From assembly GCA_002189035.1 (NCBI GenBank), contig NEEC01000002.1, forward strand, positions 1,736,001-1,800,000: a stretch of DNA of 64,000 nt, in the 5' to 3' direction. Numbering within the stretch: position 1 is the stretch's first letter; every line of letters starts with the position of its first letter. The position numbers and the translations under genes were made by a program. Shown in pieces: positions 42,635 through 52,553 of the stretch. Source of the stretch: Utricularia gibba (lineage: Eukaryota > Plantae > Magnoliophyta). The notes under the pieces are model-generated. The model saw nothing but the letters and a program-made list of their open reading frames with translations. It searched no databases and was not told where the DNA came from.

Positions 42635-42905
42635 TATTATTAATTTTGATGAATTTGATAATAAATTATTACTCACGTGCATGTATTATTCTAATTTATT
42701 TGATCGGATTGAGTTTTTTGAGTATATTAAAAACTTTATTGTATATATCAACTTTTTCATTGTACTATTATAATTAGATATATATATTCGACTGATTGAT
42801 ATATTGTTATCGAACAACTTATTGAATCTTCTTTTTAGTTCAGCCCATGTTTTGATTAAGATTTTGATCGTTTTCTTGTTTTTTATGTTTGATTTACAAC
42901 AAGAA
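42635..42905. repeat. Dispersed AT-rich repeat, copy B
   Basis: Collinear, same-orientation similarity to 37385-37695 (see copy A). Confidence 0.65.
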
Positions 42906-43532
42906 TATGGAAAGAGACGGAAGTCCCATGGGAAGAGACGGGAGTCCTACAAAGGTTGGAGCCCTGCTACTTTGCACTATCAAACTATTTGAGGCCCAAA
43001 CGCCCCAGACCGATGAAACAAGGTGGATGCCATGAGAAACAATTGCTCAGCCATGCCCCCTCGATCTCTCCAAGAATGTGATGTGGAAGATTTAAACAAG
43101 AGGCTGCGGCGACGCCACAGAGGTTCCAAAAGCGACAACGGCAGCCCCAGAGCTGCTGGTGTTCATCTATGCATGCATGAAATGTATTCACAGTTACAAA
43201 TATGGGGGCATCTCTTGGTTTCCTGAACATAATATACTTTTCCAATCCCACATTACACACGAACTTGAAATGTCTTGGTTTATAAAGGAATACATAGTAT
43301 AATTAATCTTTTCGAGTTTATGCAAACCATCCGATCATTAGTTTGAACAGACACATTTCGATTATTGGTTGGTGCTATGGGCTATGCCATGTGAAGTCGT
43401 TCTCGAATCACATCCCAAGTGGAGGTGTGGGGCTACGATGATCGGGAGTTGTGATTCCTTGTCGACACACCAACAACCACTGCAGAAGATGACGCAGATT
43501 TACAGTAACCGTAATCTCTTCTCTGGACCTGC

Positions 43533-44264
43533 TCATGGATTTAACCGCGACGAGTAACCTTCTTCAGGTTTGGCAGCAGGAATCGATGGCTGTTCATTCT
43601 CCGTGGAAGAGCAAAACCCAGAAGATGAGAAGGACGACGGGGAAGCCACTGAGCACTGACTGATCGTCGAGGCGGATGACGCCTTACAACATTTCCTTTC
43701 CTTGGAAAGTTCCGACGTCAAGTCCACGAATGCGCCAATGATGTATCCGTGAATGCTTCTGCGGTTGAGCTTCAAGTACAGAGAGAGCAGCTCTTCGAGA
43801 GCTTCCCAGTCGTCTCTCAGTTCGTGGGCCTCCACCATCTCCGCCATTGAAGCTCTGAAATCAAGAAAAGGATCCCGTGACTCCAGACTCATCATCGCGA
43901 CGCTTCTTCTTTCGGGTTCGGTTTTCTGGAGAAGGGAACTCGTTTCCCCAGCTTCGAAGAAGAATCTGCCTGATGTCGGTTCAATTATCTCCGGCGACTG
44001 CAAGTCTCGATCGAAATCAGCGGCACCTTCGTTCTGGATGTAGGCGGCGTTCATGGTCTTGAACATGGTGCCGTCGTCTGCGGATCGGAAAGACAGGGTA
44101 CGGGGATTGTTGACGCAGCTCAGCCACCTCGACGGGGCTACGGCGGAGGCAGAGGTGTCCGATGGGTGTTTGAAAGGAAATGAGAATTTCATCTTTTTTT
44201 TCCCCGGTTTCAGTCTCACCCCGTTGACGAAGCCCGTTCCACACCTTCTGATCGACCACCGCAT
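43533..44264 (-). CDS. OVATE family protein (OFP13/15/18-like), intronless; start may be the downstream MKFSF Met
   Basis: SCVNNPRTLSFRS, SGRFFFEAGETSSL and the OVATE domain SVAMMSLESRDPFLDFRASMAEMVEAHELRDDWEALEELLSLYLKLN....HGYIIGAFVDL. Confidence 0.9.
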   Translation of the reverse strand: MRWSIRRCGTGFVNGVRLKPGKKKMKFSFPFKHPSDTSASAVAPSRWLSCVNNPRTLSFRSADDGTMFKTMNAAYIQNEGAADFDRDLQSPEIIEPTSGRFFFEAGETSSLLQKTEPERRSVAMMSLESRDPFLDFRASMAEMVEAHELRDDWEALEELLSLYLKLNRRSIHGYIIGAFVDLTSELSKERKCCKASSASTISQCSVASPSSFSSSGFCSSTENEQPSIPAAKPEEGYSSRLNP

Positions 44265-47200
44265 TTATTAAAACCCTCGCCACATATTTAAAGATAAAGA
44301 AAATACAAAATATTGTTTTTTTTTTACTTTCTTTTTCTTTTTTTATATTATATTTGTTTTAAGGATTGGAGATTTGGTCGGACCAGCCTATCCAGCCTTT
44401 GGACCGGTCGAATTGGCAGCTTGTGATTCGGTCCATCATTCAATTAAAAAAATAAAAATAAATATTGTTTTGAATCACTTATACTTTTAAAAAATATTTC
44501 ATAAATTAATTTTATTACCAAATACAAAAGATGAAAATCCGCTATTATATGTTGCACATGCATTCTCGGCATCATGTCCATTTCATCAAATCACATGAGT
44601 CCTCCAAAACCCAATGATTTTATTTTATTTTATTTTTCAGGTATAATAATTAAAATGGCATGGACCGAATCAAGTCTTGATCAAAAGCCAAATAATAAGA
44701 AGTAAATTGGGTATCCAAATTCCTAATATTTAATTTATTAATTTATAATATAAGTCCAAATAAATAAGTTGGTAGCAACTTGGGGCATGGTGCCAATTAG
44801 CATGTCGGGAGGCGCCGGAGCATCATCGAGCTGTCTGGACCCGTGGGGTACCTTTCCACCTTCAATTTCCAAACTATCAATACTTTTTCTTTATGATAAT
44901 AATGATTATTATTATGTAATTAAATTAGAGAAAAATAACTTTACTATATTTATGGTGCATTTTATTTCCTTTGGGGTCCTCCATTTGGGCCCAAGACAAG
45001 TACCGCTCAGGGCAATGCATGTGCTCCAACGGTTTCAAAGTGCCTCTCTTCTTGGATTAAGTGTAGGAAAGGACCAACTTGCAACAATTGTTTTAAACCT
45101 TATTTAAAAATGGGACCTTGTTTTGTAATAACTCGAATTCATAAAATTTCAATTTTTTTATAAAAAAATAAAAAAAAAATATCATGGTTCTAGAGCTTTC
45201 TTGGGCCACAAATATAGAGTTTGGAAGTCTTCTCCATATCACGAGACATTAACGTGGACTCTGAAACCTCAAACCACGCAAGAGTGCAAAAACAGAGATG
45301 ATCGGAAGTCTTCTCCATTGCAGCGTTGTGGCTCGCTTGCACCTCGCGTTCAAACATTGGCAAATGTTGTAATGGAGTGTGGAGTGGAAGCCCGACAGCA
45401 TTGTGAATGTGTATGTCCTATCAATGCAAACTCGATAAACTTGTACAAGAAGAGATTCCTACCATCAAGTCATAAGCGCGAGACACTTGTGAAAAAATTT
45501 TATGAAAGAAAATACCGATTGGATGCGGATGCTGTGAGCAACCTTCCATTGAAGCTGCTGCTACTGTCACCCGCATTGGACAAATGATAGCAAGGCATGC
45601 CATGATGTGCAGTGGGGAAGACTCCAATGGCCGCCATGTTCATCGCGCCTCCTGTAGCACTATATTTTTCTGAAGCGAATGTCCTCTCATAACCCAACAT
45701 GAGATCCGTTGTAAATCGAACATCAAAAAACGAAAAATGATCAAAATGTCAAATACGTAACATGCTGTTCTAAGGATTTTCTCTATCCCTAATATTTAAG
45801 AGCCAACACAATCTCAATATCATAAATTATTTTAATATATACGTCTAATCTTAATAGGTTCGATACAAAAATATGGCAAAACATGGGTTTAACTTGTCTT
45901 TGCACCCCCCTACATGTGTAGTTTTGTGGGTTTCGTGAACTTTTAGAAACTCAATTCAATCTAATAAATTAAATATTATATATGTACGATATTCAATTTA
46001 TTCTCATGTCTATTAAAATTAATGAGTTAGTATTTCATATAAACTAGTTGAAAATAATTTTAATTAGCAAGATGAGATCCTTACCTCTTCTTCAATACAA
46101 GAATTTCTAACAAGATCTACATTCAAAACCTGATAATATTGGTGAAGTTTGTTTCTTAAATGGTAGATCTTGTTCCACATAGTGACTTCAAGGGAGCCAT
46201 CAGCCACTCAAATTTCGATGAAATTTAAAATCCATTTTAACAGTGGGTTTAAAAAATTTAAAAATCTAATAATTAAGAATTAATTGGTTAAATGAACCAA
46301 AAAGAATATAGGACGATGACAACTCTTCATTACCTTTTTATTTCCTAATTAATGTCTTGATTTGGTTTCATAAGACATCTTAATTCCGTTTAATTAATGT
46401 CTATTTCTTTGGTTAAATATTTCAAATCTCTGTCCTCATTAATTTCTATTTTTATTAAGATAATGAGTGAAAAGCATTTAATTTTATAAGGGTATATCAA
46501 CTTGTTTGGGGTATGAAAATTAATTTTGAAAAGATGAAGGACTTCAAAAGTATTTCTTTTTTCGACGCCACGTCACTCGAGGAAAATGATATGTACTCCG
46601 TCGATTAAGCGGCTCGATTTGCCCTTCCTTTACGTCGTCGCCGAAATCCAGTCCGATTCAGTAAGTAACTGAAGCGTTTTGCCCGCTGGTGTAATCTGGT
46701 TGTCAAGTTTTTTTAAGCTTTCTGTGTTAATCTCCAAATTTGTGTCGCAACTAACTGTTAGAGCTGCTGTGGTTGTTACGCTTTTTTGCGTTGGTTTTTG
46801 GTATTTTTATGGCTGCTTCTCGGTGCTATATCGTAACGTCTTATATGGCCTTTCTGTGACTAGTTGAATCTTCTTACGTTGGTTAGATTTAATTCCAGTT
46901 TTGTGGTTGTTGGTGTAGACGCATATCTGTTCGTGCTCTTCTCATATACATATCTTTTCCTTACCCCTGAAGAGTTGAAATGTAAAAGCGATTTGTTATT
47001 CAATTATGGGATTTTTTGGTTCGAGACTGTTATGGCGCTGTTGCAGCCTGCTGATGGTTATTTAGAAGTTAAAAGGAATTTTTTTGTTTGTGGTCTTGTC
47101 CAATCATGGAGTAGTCACAAAAGTAACCTGTTTTCTGGTCTGAAAGCCGTGTATCTGGTTTATTTGACTCCTTGGGTTTGTTTTCGTCGCATTCTTGGTT

Positions 47201-47409
47201 TTGCGTTTGGTTACGAGAATGAGTAGGTGTAATGTCTAGGTATTCTGGAAATGGAAACAGTTCACTTAGTTTCCATATAACTGCGGTAGTCAATGTTGTT
47301 TTTTTTTGTGTGTGAATCACAGTCGATTCTTAGAAAATGTGCAATCTACTGTAGAGAAGAACATCTGGTTATTGAATAATATATTCTCTACGATTTGTGT
47401 CCTTTACAG

Positions 47410-48546
47410 ATGTCTTTGTACGTTGGAAATCTACCAGCTGAAGCTCATGCAAGTGACTTGGAGCGAGTTTTCCATAAGTTTGGTAGGTGCACCATAAAGA
47501 TGAAGGATGGATATGGCTTTGTTGTGTATGAGAATCCTTCCAATGCTGAAAGGGCCCTGAGAATGCTCCGTGGTGCAAGAATATGTGGTCATGCTTTTAC
47601 TTTATTTTGGTCTAATCAGCAGCCTCATACATCTCAAAGATTTGGAAGAGGTGGTAAACTGTATGATCCACCACGCAGAAGGCACTATTATGTCAATGAA
47701 AGTGCAGACCAACGTATGTTTCCAAATTATCGACGCCGTTTCAGAAGGGATTTTGAGAAGGCAGATGGTCAATTTGGAAGACATGTTTCTTCCAACTTGT
47801 CTGACCCACATGATAGCTACCATCAAGATGATCTAAGAGGTGATGTGATCAAGAGAGATGCAACTCCGCTAAATGTTGCTGCTGTGGACAACCTTGAGGA
47901 TGATAGGTGGGAGGAGAGGGTTGGCGATGTATCAAATGAAACTTTCGGAGAAAATGGGCTCTACTTTGACACTTGCGACTCGCATTTGAGTGATGACAAA
48001 AGGGGGCTAAGTGAACATCAAGACACTTCTCCACGATTACGCTCTTCCTCTTCTAGAAAGCGTCGTAACATAACAGATGCTAGTGTTGATGAGCCAGATA
48101 CCAGCCGTTTTCATCAGGTGGAATTTAGAGACGAGAAGAGAAATCAGCGGCCCTTCGAAAGCGCAGGTGAGAATAAATTTGATACAGTTAAAGAGCCATC
48201 ATCGTCGTTAATCAGGTCTGGTCACACTTCTTCTATTTCACCTTTACGACCTCCAGATGGCAATAATCCGCACACTAGAAAAGAAATGATTGACAACACC
48301 ATGAATGCCCGTCTATCTGGAGAACAGTTACCAGTTCCCGATTCACATATCTCCATGAATGGCGATGATGGAGAAAGAATGTCTTCTGATGAGTTGCACA
48401 TGGTGCTGAAGCATTACGGCCTGCAGTACCCCGAGGAAAATAAAAGAGATCTTCCTTTAGAAGTATTTTTTGGCGCATGCCGCTTTTGGCCTTGGGAAGT
48501 AATATATTACAGGAGATCGCGGAGGGGCTTTACATCACAAGGCTAG
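47410..48546 (+). CDS. RRM-containing SR-like splicing-factor-related protein, single coding exon, 378 aa; possibly C-terminally truncated
   Basis: ATG directly after the leader-intron acceptor (ACAG|ATG). RRM MSLYVGNL..DLERVFHKFGRC.IKMKDGYGFVVY..AERALRMLRG; R/D/S-rich middle; C-terminal FWPWEVIYYRR. Confidence 0.8.
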   Translation: MSLYVGNLPAEAHASDLERVFHKFGRCTIKMKDGYGFVVYENPSNAERALRMLRGARICGHAFTLFWSNQQPHTSQRFGRGGKLYDPPRRRHYYVNESADQRMFPNYRRRFRRDFEKADGQFGRHVSSNLSDPHDSYHQDDLRGDVIKRDATPLNVAAVDNLEDDRWEERVGDVSNETFGENGLYFDTCDSHLSDDKRGLSEHQDTSPRLRSSSSRKRRNITDASVDEPDTSRFHQVEFRDEKRNQRPFESAGENKFDTVKEPSSSLIRSGHTSSISPLRPPDGNNPHTRKEMIDNTMNARLSGEQLPVPDSHISMNGDDGERMSSDELHMVLKHYGLQYPEENKRDLPLEVFFGACRFWPWEVIYYRRSRRGFTSQG

Positions 48547-49367
48547 GGACTATTCTCGAACAACATTTCACGTGTCAAGAATTTGGTACGAGTCTGATAT
48601 CTGAACCTCTTTTATTGCTTCTTAAGAATTTTGGTACCTGTTTTTGTCATGCCATAACTATGAGGAGCCCTGCAATAACTAAGAAATAACTCGTTCACAT
48701 GAGAATATTATTTACAAGGTGCTGAGGTGGCCTCATTATTCCATCTCAACCGCCTCAATTGTTGTTGCATTTATTTTGTTTCGTGGATTCTCAAATCTAA
48801 TTCAGCACCCCTTCTTTTTAATGCTTGAGCTACCTCAACCTTATCTCTTACAACTCTTCATCCCGTGTGAACTTACATTTTGCGTCCGAATTATTTGATA
48901 AAATTTCCCTGAGGACCCCATAATGAAATTCTAGTGCATCTTTTTTTTATGCGATAGTGTTGTCTTAGGTCAGTGGATAGGGGGTTGATTTACATGGACA
49001 GGCAACTACTTTTTAACCGATGAACTTTACAGAATGCAGGCTCTCGCCACATTTTCGCCTCTACCGGTGAAGGGTTCAGGTATTTTTTGTCCATGAGGGG
49101 TTGATGCTGTCGTGGTGGGTCCAAAGGTAATAGCCGTAGCCTTTTCTTCAGAAGTTCAAAAGAATGTTTTTTTTCTCTTCACCGACAACCGTGTGATTGA
49201 ACGAGGACTGCCAGACCTCGGTTTTATATGTCTGATGGGAGAAAGAAACATACATTGAGATTGCAGTAGTACTATTAAGGCTCCACCCCTTGTCTAGCAT
49301 CTGAGAAATGGAGCACCAATAGTGCTACTTTGCTTGCTCTCTATTGGAAATCTAGAAGATGTTTCTT

Positions 49368-49688
49368 CTAGCTCTTGCTCCTCTTTGTGCTGGTATTCTG
49401 AATAACATCCAGGAGAACAGTGCTTTTACATTTTGGGCACTTGGGATCCTCATCCGCCAGCATCACATACATGAGGCAAGTTGGGCACCCCACGAGCACC
49501 ATAGATGTTGCCTCTGGACTTGAGGAGTACCTGTCTGTCTCATCCTCCAGGTTCAGCTCCAGTGAGACGCACGAACTCGGTGGAGACACCGACGGTGACC
49601 GTGTCGGTGGCTTGTCCTGTCGGCGGCTGATACTGGGAACCGAGAGGCTCAATTTGGGCTCCATCCCTGATCCATTCCTTCTGCTCAT
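49368..49688 (-). CDS. GIR1: GL2-interacting repressor (GIR1/GIR2)-like small zinc-ribbon protein, 106 aa
   Basis: MSRR start, SPPSSCVS, and SPEATSMVLVGCPTCLMYVML..EDPKCPKCKSTVLLD. TATA-like element near 49877-49885 on the minus strand. Confidence 0.9.
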   Translation of the reverse strand: MSRRNGSGMEPKLSLSVPSISRRQDKPPTRSPSVSPPSSCVSLELNLEDETDRYSSSPEATSMVLVGCPTCLMYVMLADEDPKCPKCKSTVLLDVIQNTSTKRSKS

Positions 49689-50872
49689 GGTTCCTTCCTC
49701 CCCCCACTCGAAAGACAACTAACAGCAGCATCATATCAGCGGAAAAATGCCACTCATTCCTGAGAAAGACATGAAGAAACAGGTGGTACCTTTGAACTCC
49801 GCAGCCGGTCTGCGCCTGGGACTGCAACTCGGGGCGAGGCCGGCAGATATGCAGTAGGGGGAGGCGCATTCTGCATATATTTATACAGGGAGCAGAAGAG
49901 GGATTTAAAGCAGAATTAAATTACAGGTATAAAGAGAGCAGTTGAGTTGGGGGTGGGAAAGCCGACGAAGGGGGGAGAGGGGAGGGGTCAGTAAAATTTG
50001 AGAAATGAATGGTAAGCTTTGTTGGGGTGTGTGTGAATGGCGTCCGTCATTACGCTCCCATTGATTGCTTGAAGTTGATGTGGTGATGATGAGATGGATG
50101 GAGCTTGGGTGTAGAACACAAGAGAACAAAGCACAGGAAAAAGCAGCCATTTATGGCTGCAGTAAATTTCGAACGAATCCGACCGCGCCATTACTATCGT
50201 GTATTAATGGTCACATATGCACGCATCCTGGCGCCCCGCCCCGCCCCTTGTGTCATCATTTCTTTCTCACACCCCCCTCCCCTCCCCTCCCCTCCTTGAC
50301 GTTGGATGCTTAGCTTAGGCCAGGTTGCTCTTTGGATGCCTAACACGCATCACAAGCCAAGACATCCGTGGGATAGACACGACAGTCTCATCAAATGGAT
50401 GTCTACCCGCCAAACCATATTCAGTCTGTGTCTCAATAATTCACCTTAGGGGTGTTACCAAATTGCCTCCTCAGTTTAGTGTGTGCGTGGAAGGACTTTG
50501 TTTTAAGACCATGAAAAAGTTCAGTTGTGATATATTGGGTTTGAGGCAACAAATGAAGAAAATTATGAGGATTTAGAAGTGGGGATAAGAATCCAATGAT
50601 CCATATTGGATTCGAGTACCCATTTTCTCTTTCACACATTAAACATAAAAAATTATACATACGATGATTAATTTTTCAAAATAATCATTGTGGTGCATAC
50701 AAAAAGCATTCTGCGAGAGCCCCTCCATTGTTGAACTTGGGCTGCATTGGAGGCCCATATTTCCACAAGGGAAAGCCGATTGAACTGAATGCGGCAAGCA
50801 AACCAGACCCGTGGAGTTCCAGATGAAGCCGATTGTAGCGGTTGTGTCAAGACGAGTAGTCGTCTATGCCTT

Positions 50873-50900
50873 TCTGTCTGTCTGTCTGTCTGTCTGTCTC
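50873..50900. repeat. (TCTG)n microsatellite
   Basis: TTCTGTCTGTCTGTCTGTCTGTCTGTCT seen directly. Confidence 0.9.
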
Positions 50901-51724
50901 TGTGCCCAGCTTCGCTGCTGCGGGATTCAGCCTCCTCCCTCCCTCCGATCCATATGCTGTAACGCTCCCGCTGCTCGCCTCTACACTATTTAACAATGAT
51001 TCTTTTGAAAAAGATGCTTTTTTTGAAATTCAAAACCCCTTCCCTTCCGGGACACAACACCCACAACTCAGACTCCTATCCTATCCCAGCAACACGCATT
51101 TTTTGTCAGCAGGTTTTGGATTCCGTACAACCCCTCCTTTTCTTACAAAACTATCCATCATTTGATTATTTTCTTGTAAAAATAACATTATTGCAACTAC
51201 ACAGGTTTAGCAATCATGAATGTCAAGTGTCCCAGCTAATCATCGTCGAATGATGATGTCAAATGACACCATAAAAAGCCAGGTACTTGACTTGTTATTC
51301 ACTTGATACTACTAAAAAATGAAAATTTTAATGTAAACTTACTATATGCTGCAAATGGGCTTTATAATAATATGCATAACTAAATCGAAGAATGTCAAAA
51401 TAAATCACCCCTCAAAACTAGAACACGAAAAAACCCTGAAAACATGTTCTTCCTTCTTGAAGAAAGTACCGTTCTATTTAAGCATGTCCCATTCGCTGTC
51501 ATTAACCAAATGTGTGATGAACGAAACAATGCCAAAGAAATGTAGAGGAGGGACAAAGCAAGTGCATTAGTTTATTCATGTAATAACTCAAAGTCTTACC
51601 CTAAAAACCGAAACCATGCAGTTGGCTTCCAAAAGGACAGTCACGTCACGTTGTTAGGTTGTTAGAAAACCCTAGAGAAGTGAGTAGATTAGGCCTTTAA
51701 ACTTAGACACAGGATTCAATTAAA

Positions 51725-52553
51725 TTAATAGTGGGCGTCAACTACTTCTCTAGCACCAGATGGCAGTTGGGGAGGTTGCTGCCAGTACGGTGGGGGCATG
51801 ACCGCACTACTATCGTGGTTGTAGCCGTCGACGTTCAGCTCGTACGCATCGCATAGCGGCATTTGGTCTCCGGCGATCAGCTTCTCCGTCGTGTTCACTG
51901 TCTTTTTCACCAGCTGCTCCTTCAGGATCGCCCTTAACGCCAAAACCTAGAGTGCAATTTGGTTCTTAATGCCCTAAAACGTAAATGAAATAAGGGAATA
52001 GAGTGCCTCCTACCTCCTGGTGAAGCTTGCGCTTATCTCTTAGAACAGCGTCGTACTCTTGCTTGAGTGCATCGTAGAGCCGCTCGAGCTGCTTGGCCTT
52101 CCACCGTGCACGGCGGTTCTGGAACCAGATGGCGATCTGCCGCGGCTGCATGCCGAGTTCTTTAGCAAGCTTGAGTTTCCGGTCGGGGTCCAGTTTCACC
52201 TCCTCCTGGAAGCTGTTCTCCAGAAGCTCAAGCTGCTCATTGCTCAGTCGCTTCTTCTTGGGGTCCTGCCCGTAGTTCAAGTTCATGCCGCCGATCTTGT
52301 CAAGACCGAGCATCCCTTGCTGTGCTGCTGCCAGCTGATCCATTTCCATGACTACCCACAAGCCCAAAAGCAAAAAAAACACCCGCATTACGACCACACC
52401 CACGAATCAGAAAAAAAAAAAGCAGTACATGGAGGGGGAAGGAGTTGCTATAGCACCTGGAATGGGTTCATAGTTGCTATAATTGTACATAAAGCTGAAG
52501 GAAGACTCCTGACGAGGGATGAAGGGAACTCTACGGCTACCGCTCAAGTCCAT
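51725..52553 (-). CDS. LMI1: Class I HD-Zip, LMI1/ATHB51/ATHB22 type, 3 exons, 218 aa
   Basis: Exons 52553-52457, 52351-52014, 51946-51725 are in frame. Homeodomain [59 protein letters not shown] followed by a zipper; SFQEE.KLD.DRK is characteristic of this subclass. Confidence 0.88.

Noticed and set aside
44377-44395. TCGGACCAG resembling miR166; also AATGTTGTCTG near 54079 resembling miR166*
   Set aside because: Only 9-11 nt match, with no partner arm or hairpin.
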